This document shows, one piece after another, positions 44,604 through 51,915 of a stretch of DNA of 64,000 nt (the first letter of the stretch is position 1; each line of letters begins with the position of its first letter). Under the pieces are notes generated by a model. It saw only the letters and a list, made by a program, of their open reading frames with translations, was not told where the DNA came from and made no database searches. Made by a program: the position numbers and the translations under genes. The stretch comes from an uncultured Candidatus Saccharibacteria bacterium (GTDB taxonomy: Bacteria > Patescibacteriota > Minisyncoccia > Phycocordibacterales > UBA12088). The stretch is taken from positions 29,851 to 93,850 of the forward strand of contig CAZHFF010000002.1 in assembly GCA_964531785.1 (NCBI GenBank). Direction: 5' to 3'.

Positions 44604-44762
44604 ATGACTCAGGAAGACGACTGGCATCCGACCCCAAAACCCGAGGGAAAACCCACTGATAAGCTCATTCCGCACCCAGAGCAGCGACCGGGCTTCGACG
44701 TGATCACTGAACAGCCGGCCGAGAGTGAGCAGAGCAAGGACAAGGAGGCCAAGGATGGATGA
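44604..44762 (+). CDS. Small acidic, Pro-rich, predicted-disordered peptide (52 aa), not in the ORF track
   Basis: MTQEDDWHPTPKPEGKPTDKLIPHPEQRPGFDVITEQPAESEQSKDKEAKDG*. GGAG lies 6 nt upstream of the ATG. Its last codons contain the AAGGAGG SD of the next gene, and its TGA overlaps that gene's start (ATGGATGA). Confidence 0.45.
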   Translation: MTQEDDWHPTPKPEGKPTDKLIPHPEQRPGFDVITEQPAESEQSKDKEAKDG

Positions 44763-45534
44763 ATTTATTCAGAAGTTCGTGTTCGACGCACGGCGACGTC
44801 TCCACATCGGTCTCGAGCTCGAGGCATTCGTGCAGCATGGCGACATGGTGACCGCCGACGGATACCGTATCGTGCAAAACTGCACGATGGTGCGTCAGGC
44901 GGACATTGTGCTCGATCACGAGCTTCATGCGTGCCAGGTCGAGTTCCGGTCAGTCAGACCCGTTGTACTCAGGCAGCTGTTACGGCACATCGAGGACCTG
45001 GAAGAGGTGATACGATCCGTCGAACAACGGTTCGACCGCTCGCTCGTGTGCACCGGATACCTTCATCCGGTACCGCTCGATGTCTGTCCCACAAAACGGT
45101 GCCAGGACATCAAGGCGAGTCTCACCGAGGAAGTCCTGGCTGCTGCAGGTAGTGTGGCGGGACTCCACGTGCACGTAGGTATGCCTGACCTCGCCGCGGC
45201 ACTGTTCGTCTATGACAGGGTGAGACTTGCGCTCGATGGACTCACCGAACGGTATGCTTCAGTTGCGCGTATGAATGCATACAAGACCGTTACACCGTTC
45301 TGGAAGCCACCACAGATAGATGACCCCCAGGGTCTCTACGAACTGGCTAAGCTGCAAGGGTTCACCGACGACCTGAAACGTTGGTGGGCGCTTATTCGTA
45401 TTACGCGCTTCGGGACTATCGAGTTTCGGATCGCGGATGCGACCAGGAAGCCACAGCAGATCCTGGACTACACGCTTGCATGCCACAGGCTCTGTAGAAA
45501 AGCGTTGAAGTCGTACTACGGGCGGGCCCAATGA
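44755..45534 (+). CDS. Glutamate-cysteine ligase family 2 (GCS2/YbdK-like) carboxylate-amine ligase, short form
   Basis: 259 aa from MDEFIQKF (the track ORF starts at 44725). Motifs IGLELEAFV, ELHACQVEFRS, GLHVHVG and WWALIRITRFGTIEFRIADA match the GCS2 pattern. Confidence 0.6.
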   Translation: MDEFIQKFVFDARRRLHIGLELEAFVQHGDMVTADGYRIVQNCTMVRQADIVLDHELHACQVEFRSVRPVVLRQLLRHIEDLEEVIRSVEQRFDRSLVCTGYLHPVPLDVCPTKRCQDIKASLTEEVLAAAGSVAGLHVHVGMPDLAAALFVYDRVRLALDGLTERYASVARMNAYKTVTPFWKPPQIDDPQGLYELAKLQGFTDDLKRWWALIRITRFGTIEFRIADATRKPQQILDYTLACHRLCRKALKSYYGRAQ

Positions 45535-45603
45535 GGCCCGCCTTCACTTGACTACGGTGCTATATATACGTATGGTTCGTACCAGAACACATAGGGAGTG
45601 AAC

Positions 45604-45888
45604 ATGGACAGGATCAGGAGGGATTTGTATCAGAGGTACGACCTACAAGCACCGTATAGGGATGTGCTGATCTACGCCGCGGCCATCCAGGAAATCGGTT
45701 TGCCGCCGGAGCATATCCCCAGCAACGTCCGGTCGGCGCTCGAATCACCCACGGAAACCGCGTTTCCTGTGCTCCAGGAGTACCTGGAGTGGTTGATTCG
45801 CAAATACGAGTGCCCTGAAGCGCTCGTGCGGTTGGTACAGGCAAACATGTCCCAAATTCCCGGCAGGGAGAAGATCGCCGGGCAGTGA
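45604..45888 (+). CDS. Hypothetical protein
   Basis: 94 aa from the ATG after AGGGAG (the track ORF starts at GTG 45598). No recognised motifs. Confidence 0.5.
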   Translation: MDRIRRDLYQRYDLQAPYRDVLIYAAAIQEIGLPPEHIPSNVRSALESPTETAFPVLQEYLEWLIRKYECPEALVRLVQANMSQIPGREKIAGQ

Positions 45889-45900
45889 AAGGAAGCATCG

Positions 45901-46275
45901 ATGAGCAGTGAAGTGAAAAGAGTCGAGGCATATTTGCTCCAGCAGGGTCCGGGTGTGCTCATGGAGGTGCATCAGCTCGCGCTAGGTCTTGTCACACTTG
46001 TGCCCTATGGCATGAGCCTGGTTGCCCACGCGGGACCCTCTGCCGGGATCGGCGAAGAAGTCGAGTGGGCCATCCGTGTACATCTCGATCGGATCCAAAA
46101 CGAGGATGTACACGCAGTTCTGCGAGATTTTCAAGCACTCCATGAGATGTATAGCCTGATCCTGCGGTGCATGTCTGCCGGAGGCCACTTCTCGCTACAG
46201 GAGGGAGTAGAGGTCACCATAGCAAACACGGCAGTACAGCGGGCACGACAATACTTTGGTATGCCGACACCATAA
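45901..46275 (+). CDS. Hypothetical protein
   Basis: 124 aa, no recognised motifs. Close-packed with its neighbours. Confidence 0.5.
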   Translation: MSSEVKRVEAYLLQQGPGVLMEVHQLALGLVTLVPYGMSLVAHAGPSAGIGEEVEWAIRVHLDRIQNEDVHAVLRDFQALHEMYSLILRCMSAGGHFSLQEGVEVTIANTAVQRARQYFGMPTP

Positions 46276-46336
46276 GGCTCGTAGCGATCGACGGTCAATT
46301 ATTGGCCGTCTTTTCCTTTTCTGGTAGGATTGGCAA

Positions 46337-47437
46337 ATGTCATTGACTCATACTCTGGAAAAACTGGTCACATTCCCGACGATCACCGGTAACATCGAGG
46401 CTGCAAATGCTTGTTTGTCATACATCAAGGAAGAACTACACGCTGTGCCGCTCCACTGGCACAGACACGTACACAATGGCTACCCAGCCCTTGTGGCGAC
46501 CACCAAGCGTACCAAAAACCCGAAGTTATGGCTTGCGGCACACGTAGACGTTGTTCCCGGGGGACACCACCTTTTTAAGCCACGCATGGCGAGCGGTAAG
46601 CTTTTCGGTCGCGGGGTTTTTGATATGAAGTTCGCCGTTGCCTGTTACCTTGAGCTTCTGAAAGGTATAGGTAAATCCGCTTCAAGCTATGATCTAGGTC
46701 TTATGTTGACTTCAGACGAGGAGACGGGTGGTTTTCATGGCGTGAAGCTCCTCTTTGAAAAAGCCAACTACAAAGGCGATCTGGCGTTCTTGCCGGACGG
46801 CGGCGGCCCTTGGCAGTTCGAAGAGTGCGCCAAGGGAAAGATGGTCGTCAAGGTCTACACGGAAGGTGTTGCTGGTCATGCATCGAGACCCTGGCACGGG
46901 CGGAACGCGATCGATGAGCTGAGCGAGGTGCTTAGTGCTCTTAACTTGTGGGTGAAGGACAACCTCCGTGGAGATGAGAACGGGCACTGGCACAGTACCG
47001 CGGTCGTGACTAAGATCCAGGGTGGCGAAGGGGAGAATATGGTACCCGCGTACGCCGAGGCGACGCTCGATGTCCGGCCGGTGCGCTCGAGCCATGCCAT
47101 AGCGCTTGAGAAACGCTTCGCACTGCTCGAGAAGCGGTTCCCGAACACCCGGTTCGATGTTTGCTGTAACGAGCCTGCATACGGCGTGAGCAAGGGTAAT
47201 GGCTCGGCAAAGCTCTTTGCGAAGCTTGCGCACGCTCAGTATGGCATCACGTGCGGCTGGACCCGCTCCCACGGCTCCTCTGATGGGCGGTTCTTCACGG
47301 CGCAGGGCATACCGACCCTGCTCATTCTTCCGCATGCCGGGGGGGCGCACAGTGAAGAGGAGTGGATCGACCTGGCAGACCTCGAGCGTTTCCATGCCGT
47401 TCTTAGAGGTTTTGTTGATGAGGTTGCAAGGCTCTAA
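46337..47437 (+). CDS. M20 family metallopeptidase / amidohydrolase (ArgE/DapE/CPG2-like)
   Basis: 366 aa. AAHVDVVPGG, GRGVFDMK, TSDEETGG and HSEEEWI. Confidence 0.8.
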   Translation: MSLTHTLEKLVTFPTITGNIEAANACLSYIKEELHAVPLHWHRHVHNGYPALVATTKRTKNPKLWLAAHVDVVPGGHHLFKPRMASGKLFGRGVFDMKFAVACYLELLKGIGKSASSYDLGLMLTSDEETGGFHGVKLLFEKANYKGDLAFLPDGGGPWQFEECAKGKMVVKVYTEGVAGHASRPWHGRNAIDELSEVLSALNLWVKDNLRGDENGHWHSTAVVTKIQGGEGENMVPAYAEATLDVRPVRSSHAIALEKRFALLEKRFPNTRFDVCCNEPAYGVSKGNGSAKLFAKLAHAQYGITCGWTRSHGSSDGRFFTAQGIPTLLILPHAGGAHSEEEWIDLADLERFHAVLRGFVDEVARL

Positions 47438-47470
47438 ACTGACGTCGATGTATATATCGCGTTTTGCACC

Positions 47471-47504
47471 AACCATAAAACCCGCTTAGGCGGGTTTTAT
47501 GGTT
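47471..47504. terminator. 15-bp hairpin terminator
   Basis: AACCATAAAACCCGC-ttag-GCGGGTTTTATGGTT. Confidence 0.7.
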
Positions 47505-47508
47505 GGTG

Positions 47509-47582
47509 TGGTGCGGACGGCGGGAATCGGACCCGCGCCCGATGCTTGGAAGGCATCAGTTCTACCACTAAACTACGTCCGC
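47509..47582 (-). tRNA. tRNA-Gly (anticodon TCC), CCA encoded
   Basis: Reverse complement is GCGGACGTAGTTTAGTGGTAGAACTGATGCCTTCCAAGCATCGGGCGCGGGTCCGATTCCCGCCGTCCGCACCA. The cloverleaf folds cleanly. The T-loop reads TCCGATT, with C at the usual U55 position. Confidence 0.8.
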
Positions 47583-47650
47583 AACGCCCTTTATCCTACG
47601 TAATCTTTGCCTTTCTCGCAATGTATACAGCTTGCGCGTATAGTGGAACA

Positions 47651-48793
47651 ATGGAACCGCTCGCGCATCGTGTCCGCCCGCTTTCACTTGATGGGTATGT
47701 CGGGCAACAGCATCTTGTTGGGGAAGGTGGTCCGCTTCGCGAAGCTATTTCAAAAAAACACCGTTTCTCTTTCATTCTGTGGGGACCTCCCGGTGTAGGT
47801 AAGACCACCCTAGCGCGGATATATGCCAAAGCGCTCGACGCCGAGCTCTATGAGCTGTCCGCGGTCTCAGCTGGTAAGGCAGATATTAAGAAGATCATAG
47901 AAGCGGATACCGGAGAGCGACTCAAGGTGCTGTTTCTCGACGAGATCCATCGCTTTAATAAAGCACAGCAGGACTTTCTGCTGCCTTATGTTGAGTCGGG
48001 CACACTCTCGCTCATTGGTGCAACGACAGAGAACCCAAGCTTTGAGGTGATACCGGCACTCTTGTCCCGCAGCCGCGTGTTCACGCTCAAGGAATTGACC
48101 GACGAGGAAGTCGGCTTGATCCTCAGCCGTGTTGATGTGCCCCTTGGGAAAGAAGCGATCACATGGGTGGTCGAACGGGCCAATGGTGATGCACGCCAAG
48201 CACTTGCGATCGTCGAGAACGCACATGAGCTCTACGAAAAGGTCACCGTAGATACGCTTAACAGTTCGCTCCAGGATAAGCATTTGCGCTACGATAAGCA
48301 TGCGGAAGAGCACCACAATACGATCAGTGCATTCATAAAAAGCATGCGTGCAGGTCAGCCGGATGCGGCTGTGTACTACCTTGCGCGCATGGTCGAGGCG
48401 GGGGAGGACCCGAAGTTCATTGCGAGGCGCATGGTCGTGTTTGCGTCAGAGGACATAGGTATGGCCCAACCAACTGCGCTCGTTGTTGCCAATGAGGTAT
48501 TTAGGGCCTGTGAGACCATAGGATACCCTGAGTGCGCGATAAACCTCGCTCACGGCGTGATCTACCTCGCGACCGCTAAGAAGGACAGGCGAGCGTATGA
48601 CGCGCTTAGAGCGGCACAAGCTGATGTGCACATGCACGGCAACCTACCTATCCCGCTTACGGTACGGAACGCCCCCACAAAGCTCATGGAAGACGAGGGG
48701 TACGGCCAGGGCTACGAGATGTATCCACCGAACGATGAGGAACACAGCTATTTGCCAGAGAAGCTCAAACGGTCTCGGTACTACCAAGCGTGA
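47651..48793 (+). CDS. rarA: Replication-associated recombination protein A (RarA/MgsA AAA+ ATPase)
   Basis: Start moved to MEPLAHRVRP, because the track ORF's 5' extension overlaps the tRNA. Walker A GPPGVGKTT, Walker B VLFLDEIHRF, and a C-terminal MgsA domain. TATAGT lies 6 nt before the ATG. Confidence 0.9.
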   Translation: MEPLAHRVRPLSLDGYVGQQHLVGEGGPLREAISKKHRFSFILWGPPGVGKTTLARIYAKALDAELYELSAVSAGKADIKKIIEADTGERLKVLFLDEIHRFNKAQQDFLLPYVESGTLSLIGATTENPSFEVIPALLSRSRVFTLKELTDEEVGLILSRVDVPLGKEAITWVVERANGDARQALAIVENAHELYEKVTVDTLNSSLQDKHLRYDKHAEEHHNTISAFIKSMRAGQPDAAVYYLARMVEAGEDPKFIARRMVVFASEDIGMAQPTALVVANEVFRACETIGYPECAINLAHGVIYLATAKKDRRAYDALRAAQADVHMHGNLPIPLTVRNAPTKLMEDEGYGQGYEMYPPNDEEHSYLPEKLKRSRYYQA

Positions 48794-48798
48794 TCGCG

Positions 48799-49338
48799 CT
48801 ACGCACTGCTCTGCGCCCCATGGACGAACAGTTCGAGCCTTTGATTGGTCACGACGAAACGGTAGATGAGCGGTGAGAGCACAGCCCCGAGGATGATATT
48901 GCCGAGGAGGTGGAGGGCAGTGAAGGGTATTTGGCCTATTAGTGCCGCCATGAACGGTTGTCCGAAAAAGAGCGGACCGATCGAAAGACCGGTCACTGCG
49001 TCGTACACAAGTGTTGCAGGAATTGCGTACAACACATAGTTCCTTGCGGTACCAGCGCGGTTTCGAAAGAAGAGCGCGCCGCCGACACCGACCAGGCCGT
49101 ACGCGAGCCCGGTGATCCATGTCCACATACCGATGCCGCTCGTTACCGAGTCGAACAGGACGATGGCAAAGAAGCCGAAGAACAAAGCACCGGGAATGCC
49201 GTAGTGTTTCGAAAAAGGCATCAAGGTCGCCATGAGCGGCTCAACGTTGGGCGGTCGAAAGGGCAGGAGGCGGATAGCAAAGACGACTGCAAAGCCGAGC
49301 GCATATTTCAGCGCATGGGTGTTCATGATGTCTTTCAT
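48799..49338 (-). CDS. Solitary ECF-transporter S-component-like membrane protein (putative cobalamin/corrinoid uptake by riboswitch context)
   Basis: 179 aa, 5-6 TM helices, RLLPFRPPNVEPL N-terminal motif. No EcfA/T genes nearby. Confidence 0.5.
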   Translation of the reverse strand: MKDIMNTHALKYALGFAVVFAIRLLPFRPPNVEPLMATLMPFSKHYGIPGALFFGFFAIVLFDSVTSGIGMWTWITGLAYGLVGVGGALFFRNRAGTARNYVLYAIPATLVYDAVTGLSIGPLFFGQPFMAALIGQIPFTALHLLGNIILGAVLSPLIYRFVVTNQRLELFVHGAQSSA

Positions 49339-49520
49339 ACTGGGTCGTTAAAAACTAAAGGCCTGCCTTAAGCAGGTCTTGTATGCAAAGACGTGCCTAA
49401 GCGGGCAGTGGTGGGAGGCAGTGCCTCGTGCGTGGGGATCGGACTCGCCCTTTTGGGACATACCGTTGCGCTACAGTGTCGGATTCTCACCGACTTCACC
49501 CTACGGCCACCTGTACCAGA
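49339..49520 (-). promoter_or_regulatory. Cobalamin-riboswitch-like 5' leader with terminator-type expression platform
   Basis: Minus-strand promoter TTGCTC-17 nt-TACACT (49550..49522). The leader contains AGGGUGAA, GUCGG-UGAGAAU-CCGAC, GCGCAACGGUA (E. coli btuB has GCGCAGCGGUA), GCACUGCC, and the B12-box-like AAGACCUGC. The last motif is embedded in a CCUGC/GCAGG hairpin followed by CUUUAGUUUUU, just before the ATG. Confidence 0.55.
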
Positions 49521-49576
49521 GAGTGTACACGAGAACGCGACGCAGAGCAAAAAGTCTGCTAGAATCGCGCTGTAGC

Positions 49577-49648
49577 GCCCTCGTAGTTCAACGGATAGAA
49601 TGTGGGCTTCCGGAGCCTAAGATGTGGGTTCGATTCCTGCCGAGGGCA
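49577..49648 (+). tRNA. tRNA-Arg (anticodon CCG)
   Basis: Acceptor GCCCTCG/CGAGGGC, anticodon arm TGGGC-TTCCGGA-GCCTA, T-arm GTGGGTTCGATTCCTGC. No encoded CCA. Confidence 0.85.
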
Positions 49649-49664
49649 CAGCGCGACGTTGCAG

Positions 49665-50294
49665 ATGCTCATGACCATAGAGGAGATCTATCGCACATAC
49701 GATATCCCGCCTAACCTACAGGACCACCAGCTTACGGTCGCGTCCGTTGCACATGCGGTGTGTGGTCTGGTTCGGGACATGCACGAAACGGACGATGTCG
49801 TGCGCACGTGCCTGCTCCATGATATGGGCAATATCATCAAGTTCAAGTTTGACAGCACGGCGTTCGGGCTTGTGCTTGAGAACGTCGAGCACTGGCGCTC
49901 CGTGAAGCGGCGATTTATTGAGATCTATGGTCCCGACGAACATGCCGCAACGGTCGCGATCGCGCGTGAGATCGGCGTCTCTGACCGTATACTGCAACTG
50001 CTCGACAGGGTCGGTTTTTCGCATGCAGTAGAGACTCTTGGTTCCGGCGACCGCGCGGGCATGATCGCAGCATATAGCGACATGCGCGTTTCACCTACTG
50101 GCGTCACGTCGCTTTCCGAGCGACTCGATAACATACATGAACGGTATGGAAACGTAGCGGGAGGCTTCGAGAGCGATCGAGCGTTCGGAGAAATGGAACG
50201 GATACTCTTTACTGATGCGACCGGACGACCTGAGGATATCACTGACGTACGCATTGCAAAAACCAAAGAAACACTTACGGCGATGCGCATCTAG
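49665..50294 (+). CDS. HD-domain phosphohydrolase
   Basis: Start moved to MLMTIEEIY, because the track ORF overlaps the tRNA. H...HD motif (VAHAV...CLLHDMGN). Confidence 0.7.
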   Translation: MLMTIEEIYRTYDIPPNLQDHQLTVASVAHAVCGLVRDMHETDDVVRTCLLHDMGNIIKFKFDSTAFGLVLENVEHWRSVKRRFIEIYGPDEHAATVAIAREIGVSDRILQLLDRVGFSHAVETLGSGDRAGMIAAYSDMRVSPTGVTSLSERLDNIHERYGNVAGGFESDRAFGEMERILFTDATGRPEDITDVRIAKTKETLTAMRI

Positions 50295-50304
50295 CGCTTG
50301 TACC

Positions 50305-50739
50305 ATGCCCTGTACGTTCTGCACTTCTAAGGAGATTCGTGAACGGGAGATCATTCGTTCCGAGCACGCGTATGCGTTTCCGGGCAATATGCCTATCGTG
50401 CCCGGACATACGCTGGTGTGCCCGAGCCGTTGTGTCGCGCGGCTCGAGGAGCTAGAAGCTAGCGAACTACTAGATCTGTGGCATATGGTATGCCGTATAA
50501 AGAAGGGATTGCGTCAGGTATTTGATGCAGAAGGCTTCAACGTTGCCCTGAACGAGGGAAGCATGGCAGGTCAGAGTGTGCCACACGTACACATACACGT
50601 TGTGCCACGCAGTGCGGGAGATCAGGGCATACTTGAGTATGAGCCAAGAAAGTTCCTGTATCGACCAGGTGAACGTCCGGTAAGTCCGGAGCAGGAGCTC
50701 AAGTCCGTTGCAGCAGTGTTGCAAGCGGCATGTGCCTAG
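50305..50739 (+). CDS. HIT (histidine triad) family hydrolase
   Basis: Start at MPCTFCTSKE. Histidine triad VPHVHIHVVPR. Confidence 0.85.
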   Translation: MPCTFCTSKEIREREIIRSEHAYAFPGNMPIVPGHTLVCPSRCVARLEELEASELLDLWHMVCRIKKGLRQVFDAEGFNVALNEGSMAGQSVPHVHIHVVPRSAGDQGILEYEPRKFLYRPGERPVSPEQELKSVAAVLQAACA

Positions 50740-50765
50740 TTAGCGAGTGCCGTACACCAACAGAT

Positions 50766-50798
50766 ACAAAACGACCCGCATCGAGCGGGTCGTTTTGT
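50766..50798. terminator. Bidirectional hairpin terminator between HIT and hup
   Basis: ACAAAACGACCCGC-atcga-GCGGGTCGTTTTGT. Confidence 0.7.
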
Positions 50799-50815
50799 AA
50801 GAAATGGCGTGAATA

Positions 50816-51088
50816 CTATTTCACCGCATCCTTGAGGCCCTTTGCTGCGCGGAACTTTGGTACGCGCATCGCTGCTATCTTGATCGTCTCGCCGGTTCGC
50901 GGGTTGCGACCAGTTCGCGCCGGGCGGAGTTTGGTCGAGAATATGCCCAATCCCGCGATCGACACCTCGTCACCTTTCGAAAGTGCCTTGGCGATCTCAT
51001 CGATAAAGGTTTCCACTGCGCGCTCTGAGTCCGCCTTTGTGCCACCGAGTACTCCGTGTACCTTTTCGATTAGGTCTGCTTTGTTCAT
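50816..51088 (-). CDS. hup: DNA-binding protein HU
   Basis: 90 aa from MNKADLIEKV. GLGIFSTKLRPARTGRNPRTGETIKIAA arm motif. Confidence 0.95.
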   Translation of the reverse strand: MNKADLIEKVHGVLGGTKADSERAVETFIDEIAKALSKGDEVSIAGLGIFSTKLRPARTGRNPRTGETIKIAAMRVPKFRAAKGLKDAVK

Positions 51089-51280
51089 GCTGAAGGAATT
51101 ACTCCTACTTGTAATGTAAACCGCGTGAACGGTGCCTAGAAAAAGTATACAAAACAAGGCTAGAAGCGCAATAGCTATCCACAGGCGTTGCTATAGTTTC
51201 ATAAGTGTGGTGAAAGTATAAGTTCAGGTGTATTACAAGAACGTTTCATGTCTGTGCTGGTATCTGCTATACTCGCACCT

Positions 51281-51850
51281 ATGCGTATCACAATCGGTCT
51301 ATCGGGTGCTCGCGGCAGCTTCTCAGAGCAGGCAGCACGGCACTACGTGCACCTGGCTGCTCTGGCAGAACATGAACTCAGGTATCTTGTTTCAGTTGAG
51401 AACGTGCTGGAAAACGTACAAAATGGCTCTGTGGAGCGCGGAATTTTCCCTATAGAGAATAGTAACGGTGGCATAGTGATCGAGGCGGTGCACGCAATGG
51501 CTCGACATACCTTCGCGATTGAGCGTATGTTCGAGATCGATGTCCACCACAACCTGCTCGTTGCGAAGGGTACACGTGCAGAGGAGGTCACCTCCATTAC
51601 GAGCCACGATCAAGCGCTGAAGCAGTGCAGAATGTACCTCAAACGGCGCTGGCACGGTGTTGAACTCGTCGAGTACGCAGATACTGCAAAAGCTGCAGAG
51701 GATCTTGGCAAGGGTGTATTGCCTATCTCGACGGCGGTCGTAGCGCCCAAGAGCTGCGCTGAGCTGTACGGGCTTGAGGTTCTTGAAGAATCCATACAAG
51801 ACCTGAAATACAACTACACGACATTCGTCGTAGCTGTGCCATTAACCTAA
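51281..51850 (+). CDS. pheA: Prephenate dehydratase catalytic (PDT) domain protein lacking an ACT domain
   Basis: 189 aa from MRITIGLSGARGSFSEQAA. IFPIENSNGGIV, TSHDQALKQC and TTF at the C-terminus. The sequence ends where an ACT domain would normally begin. Confidence 0.7.
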   Translation: MRITIGLSGARGSFSEQAARHYVHLAALAEHELRYLVSVENVLENVQNGSVERGIFPIENSNGGIVIEAVHAMARHTFAIERMFEIDVHHNLLVAKGTRAEEVTSITSHDQALKQCRMYLKRRWHGVELVEYADTAKAAEDLGKGVLPISTAVVAPKSCAELYGLEVLEESIQDLKYNYTTFVVAVPLT

Positions 51851-51858
51851 CATCTGTA

Positions 51859-51908
51859 CTCCATAGCACTACACAGGCACCTTGAGGTGCCTGTGTAGTG
51901 CTATGGAG
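51859..51908. terminator. 23-bp perfect hairpin between convergent pheA-like and rny genes (no clear U-tract)
   Basis: CTCCATAGCACTACACAGGCACC-ttga-GGTGCCTGTGTAGTGCTATGGAG. Confidence 0.5.
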
Positions 51909-51915
51909 CGGTTGA

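Noticed and set aside
47546-47650. 5' extensions of track ORFs that overlap tRNA genes: 47546..48793 over tRNA-Gly(UCC), 49602..50294 over tRNA-Arg(CCG), and 39304..39702 over tRNA-Arg(UCG).
   Set aside because: The conserved protein sequence begins at downstream Met codons with their own promoter signals. The overlapped portions translate the tRNA sequence, which gives the characteristic GFEP/RFDS-type artefacts.
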